From Azolla caroliniana (Eukaryota > Plantae > Polypodiophyta): 64,000 nucleotides of DNA. Of the stretch, positions 49,612 through 62,585 are shown in pieces. Below the pieces are notes generated by a model that was given only the letters and a program-made list of their open reading frames with translations, was not told the DNA's origin and ran no database searches. The translations under genes were made by a program, and so were the position numbers. Each line of letters begins with the position of its first letter. Positions within the stretch are counted from its first letter, which is position 1. Location of the stretch: assembly GCA_043228905.1 (NCBI GenBank), contig JBHGNT010000003.1:19034001-19098000 (forward strand). The letters are read 5' to 3'.

Positions 49612-52600
49612 ACGTCGCGAAACTCCGTGAGAAGTTTGATCATCGCCGCTTTATCTTCCGGCTTCATTTCTTTGGCGATGTGTACCGGCTTTGATTCGTC
49701 CTTGCTTCCTAGGTTCACTTCGTCGAGCTGGGATGCTTTTACCCGTTGGGACACGGCCATTTCCCGTTCCAACGCTTCCTGTGCTTGCCGTAATTCCCGA
49801 ATCGCATCTTTGTCTGGTTCGGCTTTGGTTTCGTCCCGCTGTGGCAAGTATGGCGCTACGGCTTCAGCTACGTCAATCTCGAAGAGTGGTACGATCTTCG
49901 GGTGTTCCTCCAAGTACTGGGCTTCTTCGTCGTCTGCCAACCCTTCAAGCATGTTCACGCATTCCGCATACAGCGGTGTGCATTCCTTACCGTTGCTCGT
50001 CCGTGGTTGTGTCGGTACCCGGACCTTGGCTTTTCCGCGCCGGAAGGTAATCATATTTTTCCGCCAATTTTGCTTGATGTGTGCTGTTTTCAACCATGGT
50101 CTGCCCAGCAACAGTGGGTACGCGGCTTGCGCCTGTAGCTGCAGCACTACAGCCAAGATGTGAAATGTGTGACCTCCTATGGTGACTTCCAATTTCCGTA
50201 TAAGCCCGTCGGCCGTACAGAGCTCGTATCCGCCATCCGTAGCCAGAACGGACATGGCTCCCATTCATGTATACCCAAGGCATCACACGTGCGGAGGCTT
50301 ATTACGTTCACCCCGGAACCTCCATCGATTACTGTGCCGGGAAGTTCGTGCCCTTTGACAATAGCTGTAATCACCGGACTACTAGTGTCCACCACCGTCG
50401 GTCCCTCCTCCGGATTCGAGAAGAGGACTGGTGCCGGTGGGGCTATACCGTCTGTCATGACCGTTTTTAGTCCTTCCGTAAATCGCGGCACGAGCTGCAA
50501 GAGTCTTCCTAATGGCAACGTGATCTGACATTCTTGCAGTGCTTGCCATGTCTCGTTTTCTGGGTGGCTACCGCCGGCACTCCCTATGGTATTCGCCTTT
50601 TGCCGTTCCACGTCCGCGACGTTCCTTTCATTGGCTTCCTTCACCCATTCCGTCGCCTGTTTTCGTATGGCCTCTTGTGTTTCCCACTCTTTGGCCATGC
50701 CTTTCGACCGTGTGGTTACTTGCTGTATATCCGCCACTTCCGGAACCACCATATTAACTGCTGGTCGTTTCTCGTAGCTCTTTACCGGGCACTGGTTACT
50801 GTAGTGGCCTTCCTGCCTGCAGTAGTAGCAGTACTCTTTACGGGTATTGCTGGATTCAGCATTGCTGGTAGCCGGAGTCGGTCCCGTAGTGAGTGGTGCG
50901 TTCTGTGCCGGTTGGATCCTTGGGGTTCCATGTTCCGGGTCCCTAGGGTGACCACCTTTCTTGAAATTACGTTTCTTATTATTCTTATTTTTATTTCGGT
51001 AGTCCGGTCGTGGTGGATCGTAAAATCGGCCGTAGTCCTCCTGGTGCTTCCGGTAACCAGGGGAATGGTCTCTGTCGTATTGCTCGTGTCGTCTGTTGGA
51101 CTCCCGATAACGGTCCGATCGCTCATACCGGTCGTAGTTATCATGCCGATTCCCGTACCAGCCATCATTCTCTTGTCTGTCTCCGTATCGGACATCCTGT
51201 GCCGGTCGGTACCGGTTCATTCTTTGCCAACGATCGTCATCTTCGTCTCGGCTGCTTCTTGGCTCGATCTGTCGGACGGGTGGTGCTTGTCGGTTTAACA
51301 GGTTATACTCGCACCGGTCCGTTGTATGACTCTTGGATTGACAAATCACACACTGGGTTCGCATGGTGCACTCCACTGCCGAGTGTCCGGCATTCAAGCA
51401 GATTGTGCATTGAATTGCCTGCCGGAACCGGAGATCTTCCTCGGTGGGTAACGCCCGTTGCAGTGTTCCCAGTGTAAGCCATGAGCTTGACTTTTCCATT
51501 TCTCTGACCCGGTCAATGACCTGGTCAATGGTGCCTCCTCGAAAGTCGATTACCGTACACACCGTGCGTAACGGTTCCCGGAGTGCGTTTAAAAATATCG
51601 TCCGTAATTCCTCCTCCGGGGGTGCACGGGCAAGCTGGCTATGCATTCGTTGGAAACGGATGACGAATTGGGGAATGCTTTCCCCTGCCTCCTGTCAGAT
51701 CGTATAAAACAGGCCCACCATTGTTGTCTGGTCGACCTCCTTGTGGAAAAAATGCAAGAATTTTGCTTTTAATTCTGCAAAGGTTGTGATGGTCGCCGGA
51801 TCCTGCGTCCGCCGCCATCGTGTCGCTGGTCCTTCCAATGTGACCCCGAATTCCGCTATCTTCGAGCGTTCTTCTTCCTCCGGTGTCATTCGCTGGGACG
51901 TGTGATTTGCTTACCATGTCTCCTCGAAGGCATTAACATGCGCTTCCGCGTCCGGATCATCGCGATACTTTGAGTATTGGAACGGCACGTCGTCGTCCAG
52001 TATTAGGCCGCGGTTTAGTGGCGTTTGTTGATATCTTTCCGGTTTTCTCTCCGGTTCCACTTCCGGTTCTTTTGCCGGTGCTTTTTCCGGTTCCTTTTCC
52101 GGTTCTTTTTCCGGTTCCTTCACCGGCTCTTCTTCCGGTACATTTGCCGGCTCTTTCGTTGGTGTCGGTGGCTTTGCTTCTTCCACTTCCGGTGTTGGTG
52201 GGTTGACGGCTTCCGTTTGCGGTTCCGGATAGCCCTGGTTGAGCGGTTCTGGTTCTGGAGTCGGCACGATATCCGACCCGTCGTCCTCCGGGCCGCCGGG
52301 GGTATCGTTGCTGCTCCGATAGTTCGTGTGCACGCTGTATCCCCCTTCGGAATCCGATTCGTAGGCTGAAAAGGCTTCTGCCTCATTTTCTCCGCTTGCC
52401 AGCGCCTCGAGGAGGCGTTCGGTTTCCCGGAGACTACTTAGACTGCTTCCGTCGTCCTGGTCGCGAGTTTGCTGTAACCGAAGAGATTCCTCCGCGACTC
52501 TCCGGATCTCGTTGGAGAACGAACGATCCGAGCGAATTTCGTGCGCTGCTTGCTGGAACGTCTCACGCCGTCTTTGCCGTTCGGCGAGGCGTCGAGCTCG

Positions 52601-52633
52601 GTCTGTAACCAGGTCGTGCGTTGGTCTCGTCAT
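49612..52633 (-). pseudogene. Element D gag-protease with two in-frame stops (51911, 51695) and a frameshift near 50200
   Basis: ORFs 52633-51911, 51889-51695 and 51646-50177 share one frame. Three Cys/His knuckles (CTICLNAGH, CVICQSKSH, CYYCRQEGH) and protease VIDGGSGVN. The frame rejoins pol across element E as EFRDV|FAWSY. Confidence 0.9.
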
Positions 52634-55600
52634 CCATTAAGCCGTCGTTCGCTGCGAGAAGGCAGGAATCGTGGTCGCCAAAACTGTGTTATTCTCTGAC
52701 CGGACAAGGCCTAACACAAGGTGTCACGGAGACACTTCACCAAAGGGTGATTACGGCATAGGATTAAGATTCAACGATTACACCGATTTACGTAGGTTAC
52801 ACGATTAGAGTGCTTTGGTAAATTACACGCGTAAGATATCACAGTAACTACAGAACGGAAATCAACACAGAAGTATAAACACCATATGCTCTATTAATTA
52901 TCCGCTGAGATTACAATGGGGTCCGGGCCTTTAAATAGGTTTCCGGCCCGTAGTACAAAACGGTGCCTATCGCACCTATTTGGGATCCGTCCGGATCTGG
53001 AACGGCATACCGTTTCCAGTCTGTCCGTCCACACTATGCTTATTTACAACCATACTAAATTAATTCCTTCACTCCGTATTTTGGACTCCTTGCCGGCCGG
53101 TAACACTCCTTGAAGACGGATAGCACCTGATCCTTCGTCTTCAACTGTGTGGCCCACAACTTCTGGCTGTGGTCATCTATGAACGTCATGAAGTATTGTG
53201 ATCTGGCATGTGACTTCGTGTCCACTTGACACACATCGGTATGCACCAGCTCTAGTGGTGCATTACATCTCATCAGTGGCCTTGATCGGAAGGAGGTCCG
53301 GTTTTGCTTACCGTCCAAGCAGTCGGTGCACCTCTCAAGATGCACATCCTTCACCGGAATGAGGTTGTCTTCGGCAAGCCTCTTCATCCCCTTCTCACTC
53401 ATGTGACACAGTCTTTTGTGCCACAGCTCACCGGCAGTGTCAGATGCTACGTTCACTTCTCCCCGACATATCCGGGCATTCATCAAGTACAGTGTGTTGA
53501 CCTTTTGGGCTCGAGCCACTATTAAGCTCCCTTTGCAGAACTTCATGACACCGTTCTGGATGCTACCGGTGTAGCCTTCATCATTGAGCCGACCGACTGA
53601 TAGTAGGTTCAGTCGAACCTCTAGAACATGTCAGACATGCTTCAACAGCAACTTGCATCCGGTTGATGTCGTCAACAACACATCTCCTATGCTGATAATT
53701 CGGCATGTCCCTTCATTCCCCATCCGGACACAACCGTGCTCACCGGCTGTGTAGGATGAGAAGTATTTCCGGTTCGGGGTAAGGTGGAACGACGCTCCGG
53801 AGTCGACAACCCACATTGTCTCGTCGACAGCAAGGTTCAACTCACTCTCCTCGGTGATGAGTATCAACTCCTCTTCACTTGCCGCGATTGCCATCGTTCC
53901 CTTCCGATCCAGTCCTCGCCAATCCGAACCATTTTGATCCGGTGACTTCTTCGAATCGGTACTGTCGATTCCTTTGTCTTTCCGGAAATGCCAATAGTTC
54001 TTCTGGAAGTGCCCCGGCATGCCGCAATAGAAGCAAGTGGGCCTCCCCCTTGAATTTGACCGTGTCCCCGACTTTTCCTGGTTCTGGGGACTCTGATTCC
54101 TTTGTCATCCGCGTTCCGATTCGGTAAGGAGCGCTTTGGAGTCGGAGCTCGTATCCTTGTCTTTCCAAAGCGCCTCCTCATCTAGCAAACTCGACTTGAC
54201 TCTTGCTAGGGATAACTGTTTTCCTTCCGGCCCGGCGTTGCCCAAAGTGACAAGTAATGTCTCCCAGCCATCCGAGAGGGAACCGAGCAGGAGTAGAGCA
54301 AGTACCTCATCGGCGAGAGGTACTTCCAATGAGGTTGCCCGGTGAATCAGCCCCTGGAAGGCATTCATGTGCTCCGCCATACTGGAGCCGTCATGGTACC
54401 GGAGCCTCACTAGCTTTTGAAATACCGAAACCTGATTAACAACATTTTTGTTCTGAAATATAATGTTGATCTTCTCCCAGAGTTCATGAGCCTTGCTCTC
54501 TTCATTGAAACCCTAAACCCTAGGTCATATTTATGCTAATATGACTTTAGGACTATTTACAGATATAGCCCCAATGGGCTCTCTAAAAAACATAATTCCA
54601 TATATGTCCCTTCATCCGGTGAGAGGTTCTCACTGGGCCTGCGTCATCCGGTTCTCACGGGTCTTCCTTGCTAGGTACTCATCATCCGGTTCTCACCGGG
54701 TCTTCTTTGTCAGGTACTCATCATCCGGTTCTCAGCGGGGTCTTCCTTGCCAAGTACTCATCATCCGGTTCTCACCGAGTCTGCGTTGCCGGGTACTCAT
54801 ATCCCATCCGGAGGGACCGAAATCCTAACATATATGAAAGTCAAACTTCTCCAAATAGGTATCTATTTGAATTGGCCATTGACAAAGAATGTCACTGATG
54901 TATTGAAGGCTTCCATTTGCCATGTGAATTGATAGATATGATTAGTTGCGTTTATGTGGAGTTCCATTTGCTGCACAAAGTGATCATTAAGAAAATTGTG
55001 AGAACTACCGGAATCAAACAAGAAATGTACTTATGTTCCATTGATATACTCGACTGCTTGGAGTAAATCATTAGGTCCAAGTAAATGTGAAGGAAAAGTG
55101 CATTCACATGAACTTAAGTGGTTGGTATGAACTTCAACAACATCAAAAGACTCACATGTGTGACTCGTAGATTTGTCTTGAGGAGGGGTGTTCATTGACT
55201 TCCTCTCAAGACGACGATAGGTATCCTTTGTGTGGCCCCGCTTCTTGCAATATGCACAGAAGAGGTTAGGTTTCTTGGAGTCGAATTCAAGAGTGTCATT
55301 GGATTGCATATTCCCAATGAAGTTGATATTTGGAGTTTTGGCGAACTCAGGTTTATTGTGGTCTTTCTTGGAAGTCCTATGGTACCGAAGTACAATGTTG
55401 ATGGCTACCTCGAAAGTTGTGGGGTCCTTGTCATGGACAATCCAATGGTAATCCCCATTGGGAATACCATTCAAAAAGCAAGAACCAAACCATTTCTCAC
55501 CCGTAAGTCCCGATTTTTGGATCTGGGTCCGAGCATGATGCACATAATCCTCGAGAGGGGTAAATGGCTTACTCGACAACGTGAGCAAGTGTTGCGCTTG

Positions 55601-58352
55601 TTCAGTTTGAGAAGGTGGTTGCAAAAACAATTTCTTAAAAACATCAACGAAACCTTCCGAAGTTTTGGGTAAGTTCTTTGCAATCCTTAGGCCTCGCCAC
55701 CAAGCAGCAGCTTGGCCACCTAACTCACGACAGACATAACCAATTTTTACAGCATCGGGCTTGTGGTGGAGCTCAAAGTGATACAAGCCAAGTGCTAATG
55801 GCCTCCTCGGTTCTTTCTTTCTTATCTCCCTTGAATGGTGTTATTACGAAAGAAGGTTCACCTTCTTTGTTGGACTCAATAGTCAATTCTTGACATCTCT
55901 TTTCCAATGCCATATTGGCTTGCCTCATTTCGGCCAATTTATTCAATTTAGTAGTGAGCAATTGCTCAATAGTGATCTCAGCTTGTGTGCGAGAAGCGGA
56001 TTGGAGTTGAGAGGTCTCGGTCGGAGAGATTGCTCCAACAACGTTTAAAACTTTTTCCATGATGCAAACTGTGGTTATGCAATATAAATGAGGTTCAGAA
56101 AATACACAAGCAAAATGAATGCTTGAAATTTTGATTGGAAGAACTTTACCAAGAAAGCATCTCACGTCTTTACCCCTCTAGACATATGAGATGTGATTCG
56201 AGATCCAATAACTATGGTAACACTATGGTTTTTTAAAAACCATGGGGGCAAACATAGCTAAGATGTCTTTCTCGGATCTCTATCTTGAGTAATCATGGTG
56301 GCTCCCCGAGGCTCAACCATGGTTCCAATATCAATGTAATTTCCTAATTAGCCTTATATTAATGCCAACCCACCATGTATTGATATGGTCGAGAAAGTGT
56401 ATTATATGAAAAAAAAAGTGCACTCGCAAGTAATATTCTAGTCTTGCGAGTAACAAGTAAATGTGATGATAAAAATGATAAAATAAGGCACTATCCATTG
56501 GAGGCAAGTAGTGATGAAAACAAGGGTAAAAAAACTCATGTGCTACCTACTAAAACAACAATGTCACAAATAAATGGGAGGTGCGAGGTATGCACATATA
56601 CATCCCAATATGATGGTTGTAATTTGCACAATTGTGACATAAGCCACAAATTGATACAAATGTCGGTGGTATTGTGCGCACAGATGTAGTACTCATTTAT
56701 GAGTAAAACATCAATAGGGAGATTCATATGATTTCACTTGAGTTCTAAGGCTCAATAATATGAGTTAAACCTAGATGATCCGTTGGAAATAATCGTTCAA
56801 AAAGAAGCATGATGCTTAGTCAATACGAAAGATAGTCTACACGTAAGCGTTATATCATAGGTAAACACACGTAAATACTTTAAACATGAAAAGGAAGGGG
56901 AAAAAGGAGAGTTAATTGTGGGTCATATTTAATGACAATTATGAGAAAATCATCAGAAAGTGAAAAGACATTTGTGTAATTAGAAAATAATTAGAATAAT
57001 AATCAATTAGGTGTATGAACATTAAGCATGCCTTAAGGTATGCAAACCTAAGGTAGTCGACATGCACCTCCTCAAGACCATCACATCTCCCTAGAATCGG
57101 CCAAGTGATGGCTCAATAAAGAGTAAAGTGGCATAGGTAAGCAACACATACCTCTTTAAGGCCACAACATCCGATAGAATTGGCCAAGTGATGGCTCAAT
57201 AGAGGGAAGAGTGGCATACTCAACATCATATGCAAAAGGGCCATGAGGTGAGCGTGTGCGATTAGGGCAAACATGCTCGACCCAATGCACAACAATAATT
57301 AATATCATAAGAGAAGGCTTAAGAGAGGGGAGCATAGGAAATACATCATAATATACAAAAGGGCCATGAGTTGAGCATGTGCAATTAGTGCAAGCACGCT
57401 TAGCCCGATGCACAATAATAATTAAAATCGTATTGTGGTAGAAAGAAGAAAGAAAAGAAAAGAAAACGTAATACAAATTTGATTCAACCAACAAGAACGC
57501 ATCATAGAAAGAAGAGAGATCGAGAAAGAAGAATACCGGGTTTAGAGTGTTGTTTTGATCCTGAGAAGAGCATGACGAGCCTTGTTAGATCCCCATCGCT
57601 CACACGCAAAACATATCAAAACAACAAAAAAAATTGTTAGTAAAAGCTTTGATACCACTGTTAAGAGTCTATTACTAATCAATAGACCAAAGTAAAGTAA
57701 AAGAAGGAAAATAGATTGGATAGAAGAACCCGTTCCACCCGACCACCCTGAGCTATGATCTAGACATTGTCAACCTACCACCGACGTCCCGTACCGCCGG
57801 ATATTAGGATGACTAATACCTTGGAAGAGATAAACACGATCGTCGAGACGAAAGCCTAGCCTGCACCACTGGTGTCTAAGACAACAACCTTTCGATGTAA
57901 TGTCCTTATGAGGGTAGCTAAGCCTCATATTTATACCTTTTCCTAGGCCCCTTGAATAGATGTGCCTTTCTAAAAGGCTCTCCATTCATTGGTTGTCCAA
58001 ATCATGATAATTCATGCACCTATCATTCCTTCTATCCAATCATTAGTCCCCTTTTTAACATTAGTGAACATACCCTTCACTAATGTAAATATTAGTGACC
58101 TACCCTCACCAACGTTATGTGTACATAATAGGAGATCCCCACTCGTTCTGGAGACTTGAGCATTAACCGATGTAAGACCCAAGAGAAGGACAATGATGCC
58201 GAAGAAGCAAGGGTTGAAACTTATGTATGGGAGGAAGGGGTCAAGCAAATCATAGAGACAAAAGCTGATGCGTAAAACAAAAAGTCTGAGCAAAGTATGA
58301 CAAGGGATGACGATGGCCAAGCGAGCCATCAGGATCCGAAGGATGTGATCAA

Positions 58353-59207
58353 TGTTGGGAATATGTCCCTCCAGTGGGAGGAAGAACCAACTGATCGGAA
58401 ATCCGACAGTCGATGACAACGAAGATCCGACTATTCGGAAAGCCAACAATCGAAAACAGTGAGTTGATTGTTTGAAGATTCGACTATTATTATTATAGTA
58501 ATAATAATAATGATGATGTTAGGAAACAGGTCGCTCAGATGGGGAGAGAGAGGAGCCGAGTTGATGAGGGACTCGGCCGAGGCCGAAACCGGAATCATGT
58601 ATATAGCCAACTTGGGAGACAATAATTGTAAATAGTCTAAGTGTGTGCCCCATGAGGGCTATGTATGTAAATAGCCAAAAAGTTGTGTAAGTATATATAC
58701 AACTAGGGCAAACTTTATGTTATGAACAGAGTTAGAACTGTAGAAGCACGAACGACTTAGAGAGAGAGAGAGAGAGAGAGAGAAGTGAGAGTTGCGCCAT
58801 AGCTGTGTGTGTAACAACAAACGTGAAGAGCCCTGTGCGGCTGATACACTCGACAGAGTGTTTGTAATCTTAGTTGCGCCATAGCTGTGTGTGTAACAGC
58901 AGAGGCGAAGAGCCCTGTGCGGCTGATACACTCAATAGAGTGTTTGTAATCTGAGCCGCGCCATAGTTGTGTGTGTAACAATAGACGCGTAGAGCCTTGT
59001 GCGGCTGATACACTCGACAGAGTGTTTGTAATCTTGTCTGTATTGTATATCCACTATCTGTTCAGCCGTAGTTTTTCCCCGTTTTAGGGTTTCCATGTAA
59101 ATCTCTTTGTACATCTGTTTATCTTGTCTTTTCTAGTGTATTCTTGTGATTCGTATTTCAGCGCGTAGTTCGTTTATTGTGATCTATTCCGCAACGATTT
59201 CTCAACA
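58353..59207 (+). mobile_element. Solo LTR (855 bp) inserted in element A, with ~81-bp tandem repeat x3
   Basis: TGTTGGGA...TCTCAACA ends. Perfect 5-bp TSD ATCAA. Repeat units at ~58790-59033. Orientation is inferred from the layout. Confidence 0.88.
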
Positions 59208-60277
59208 ATCAAAACATCTAGCAAAGACGCTAGTGTGAAGATTGTCAACTCTAACATGATATTGTATCATGAAACTGGACAAAGTGAGAAATATAGAGCA
59301 TGGTCACCTCAGGATCTCAAAGTGGGCATGCACTTGAAGGTACTACATGGGGTAATCAATGTGATTATTCAGATAAAGGCTTGGGGAGAAAGACACAAAA
59401 CAAAAATGTGTGATGGGTCAAAGTGCCTTGAGCAAGGAGACGACCGGGACAAAGGTGGAACATGCATAAAACCTAAACAATTATGTTCGGAAGGAGAACA
59501 AGGGGCCATGACAACTAGTCATGGTAAAACAAAGAATGAGCGAATGACATGCTCGAAATGGAGGCGAAAATGGTTCAAGTGAAGGGAATGGACATGCTCG
59601 AAATGGAGGAATCGTACTAATCACCGTAACCGAAATCTCACACTCTCTCTTCTTGGCACGTACCAGAGGATGTGCGGTTTGGTGGGGGTGGATGTTGTGA
59701 AGATTTTTGGCAATGGTGTAAAAATTGTGTGCAACGAACGAAATCGAGAAGCTGCAATGTGCACATGTGAAAGGGGTGAAGGCCACACACATATGCTAGC
59801 ATGTTGTAAATAGGATTGAAATGAGAATTGTAAAAGAAAAGCTAGATGTAAAGTTAAACATGTGCACGTGTGATGTGCGCTCAATTGTAAATATAAAAAT
59901 AAGACTAAAGCCTAGTAACATTTAAGTGCATACATAGGGTGGAAGCAAGGCTTGAACCTTGCACCTCAAAGATAGAAGACAAATTAACTTACCATTAAAG
60001 CTAATACTAAGTGCTTTAGAATGTGTATATTTTCTTTTCATATTTAGTAGTAGGAAGCAAACATATAGAAACTATGGGCACAAAACCATGGTTTTAGCCC
60101 ATGGTTTTAACCCGTGGGTTGAGCCCATGGGTTTTGCATGGCTAGACCTATAAAAGCGTATAGTTGGGCTTGTGTAAGGGAGGCAAGTGATGCAAGTAAA
60201 AAATGAAACTTTTAATCAAAGATTTGAGTTATCCTAATGGTGATATATCTTGTCTCGTAAAACTAAAGTCAAGGGTT

Positions 60278-60313
<36 letters not shown>

Positions 60314-62022
60314 ATCCATCTATCTATCTTCAATACTTTCTCGCTTACGCTGCTAAAAACATCAAATCCTTCCGGTCCAGGACCCCAGTGGTCCCGCTTC
60401 ATTTCGTGAACACGCGAGGATTTCCTCGACAACGTAGTTGATCACCTTCAAAGCCGAGATGTATAGGTTGAAGAAGTATTGAATGGCTCATAACTATGAC
60501 TTGAGAGGGTTTGTTTCCTAATAGAGCTACTTTCGTTGTTGCCTATGGATATGGATACCTTGCAATGTGTCTAGGGAATAGATTGTAATTGTTGGACTGT
60601 TTTCTCTATGTTGGAGTACATTGATTTGTTTCCTCAATCGTTGTCTACACAAGATGAGCTTGGGAAAATTTACTTTGTATGATGTAACCGTTATGACCTT
60701 TCTTTAAATATGGAAGGATAATTTGTTTTGAAAAATAAAAAACAAGTACTCTATTAAATATGGAATTCTTGTTTTCCAAACTTAGTGCTAACACATTTTT
60801 CTAGTGCCTTGGAATAGTGTAGGTGAACATATATTGATGCACTTGTTCTATGCCCAATATGTTTTCGAAACGGGGTTTCCCACATGGACATTGCATTGTA
60901 ACAACTCAGAATGTGGCAAACTGTCTAGATCATCAAATGTGTATGGAATTCAAATATGTAAAACAAATATGATTGTATATATAGAAATATACACATACCA
61001 TAACGATGACTTTTGAATATTATAATATATCCAAATACCAAAGAATTGACGTTGTGGCATTTGGAACGTGATAATCTTGCCCTTGAAAAGATTATAAATG
61101 TAATTGATGGTATATTATTCATTAAGAAGTTCACGTTTGTAAAACTGTGCTTTTTACCTTTGTAAGTTAATTTTTTGATACACACTTGCCTTGAATTTTC
61201 TTGGTGTTATTTTGAAACTTAGAGTAGTAGTATTATGAGGCACCCATGGCGATAGACTTTCTCAAAAACATCTTATCAAATGTCAAAAACAAAGTGAGAA
61301 TTGTGCACACTTTTATGTACAACATCAACAATGATGCTATGATGCCATATTATGCAAAATTTATCAGATCGACACTACTTAATGTAGATATATATTTTTA
61401 ACATTGACTACTTGTGATGGAAGAATCCATCGGTGAGTTCATAATGTGTTAATTATCTATGTTTATTTAGATTCTTCCATCACATTTTCTATTCGATAAT
61501 TAACATGTTTAGATATTTTTTATTCACTAAAAATATTTGTGACTTTACTACGTTTCAAAATGTGTTATACATATGCTAGGGTAAACCTTATGATTTCTTA
61601 TTGAATTAAGAGGAACATCTTATTGTTGCCTTGAGTGAAAGCTTGTCCATTTGTATTGTGGCAATGTTTATACATCAAGGATATAACATACTTCAATGTT
61701 AAACATATTAAGATGCACTTTGCAAAAGCCTCACATTCATTCCAATTATTTTTGTTAAGCAAAGGGACTACATTATATTTATTAGGGTGTGGTATTAATC
61801 CAAATAATTTGCAACCACGTACATACTCAAGACATTGGCTAATAATCATAATTGATGAGTCAATTCCTAAGAAAAACAAGCATTGTATATTATTTATTAG
61901 TGTAATCGAGGAAAACGTAGACGATGTTATTGAATATGTTCAACAAGTGTTGTAAGTATGATTGGCCCTTATGCATTTTTGTATTAAAGTTGTAGCCTAA
62001 TATGACGAGTAGCCTTTAAGCC

Positions 62023-62585
62023 TTGGCATGTGGGTCTTGAAGGTAGGGTCCTTGTGTTTGTCTACATGGGCCTAAACCTAGCTATTCGTGGTTTCTAACT
62101 ACTAAATTATTTAGCAAGAAAGAGGATTGTGCCAATTGGGTGGGTAAGGGGGAGAGGAAATCAATCCTAGAATTTTGTAGCCATGTACTTCATAATTGCC
62201 AAGCTATTGCGAATCAATGTAGTTATTGAGTCGACTTTGGCATGTGGGTCTTGAAGGTAGGGTCCTTGTGTTTGTCTACATGGGCCTAAACCTAGCTATT
62301 CGTGGTTTCTAACTGCTAAATTATTTAGCAAGAAAGAGGATTGTGCCAATTGGGTGGGTAAGGGGGAGAGGAAATCAATCCTAGAATTTTGTAGCCATGT
62401 ACTTCATAATTGCCAAGCTATTGCGAATCAATGTAATTATTGAGTCGACTTTCAACAAGAATAAACACCACATATTATTCATTAATAATTGAGTTAGTGT
62501 ACTTCATAATTGCCAAGCTATTGCGAATCAATGTAGTTATTGAGTCGACTTTCAACAAGAATAAACACCACATATTATTCATTAA
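62023..62585. repeat. Recent compound tandem duplication (~214 bp x2, then ~90-100 bp x2)
   Basis: 62023-62236 is nearly identical to 62237-62450. 62399-62485 is repeated at 62499-62585. Confidence 0.9.

Larger units (their letters stand above)
37759..53105 (-). mobile_element. Element D: young non-chromovirus (Athila-like) Ty3/Gypsy with an extra 3' ORF; LTRs 37759-38177 and 52687-53105
   Basis: 419-bp LTRs with 4 transitions by hand comparison. Perfect 5-bp TSD CTCCT. PBS TGGCGACCAC (52680-52671). gag-PR-RT-RH-INT order. No PPT next to the 3' LTR. Confidence 0.96.
34624..54830 (-). mobile_element. Element C: Ty1/Copia (Tnt1/Tork-like); 3' LTR 34624-35348, truncated 5' LTR ~54518-54830
   Basis: gag with CFYCGMPGH knuckle, WVVDSGASFHL protease, integrase split by element D, RT (LLYMDDML), RNase H (FTDSDMSAD..RSTSGY, SRTKHI). 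PPT AGGGGGAGTT next to 35348. Degenerate TSD AACAT/TATAT; removing C restores DFHVMKL..VILGYPW in the protease of B. The LTRs contain ~38-bp tandem repeats. Confidence 0.93.
30314..58130 (-). mobile_element. Element B: decayed chromovirus Ty3/Gypsy; 5' LTR 57659-58130, 3' LTR 30314-30735
   Basis: LTR pair. iMet PBS TGGTATCAAAGC (57657-57646). PPT next to 30735. TSD GGAGT/GGAGA. gag 56060-55031 with CAYCKKRGH knuckle, protease LFDSGSSHNF, RT ([20 protein letters not shown]) 34153-33644, RNase H, integrase (HPQSDGQTERVN) and a chromodomain (RILDSR...KW....DATWE) at ~30760-30915. Confidence 0.93.
27082..60431 (+). mobile_element. Element A: non-autonomous (gag-only) Ty3/Gypsy element, outermost layer of the nest; LTRs 27082-27811 and 59693-60431
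   Basis: Diverged LTR pair TGT(C/T)GTGAAG...GACA. 4-bp TSD ACGT (27078-27081, 60432-60435). PBS TGGTGAACTCGACGTGAA (27819-27836). PPT GGTGGGGGTGGA before 59693. The gag fragment GQFDGRNFTKFL is homologous to element E gag. No pol seen. Confidence 0.9.

Noticed and set aside
43200-52400. Many long plus-strand and alternative-frame ORFs within elements D and E
   Set aside because: Shadow ORFs expected in GC-rich coding DNA, with no recognisable motifs.
60900-61950. Possible hAT transposase remnant on the minus strand (NWNECEAF...)
   Set aside because: No catalytic or dimerisation motif could be confirmed by eye; needs tBLASTx.
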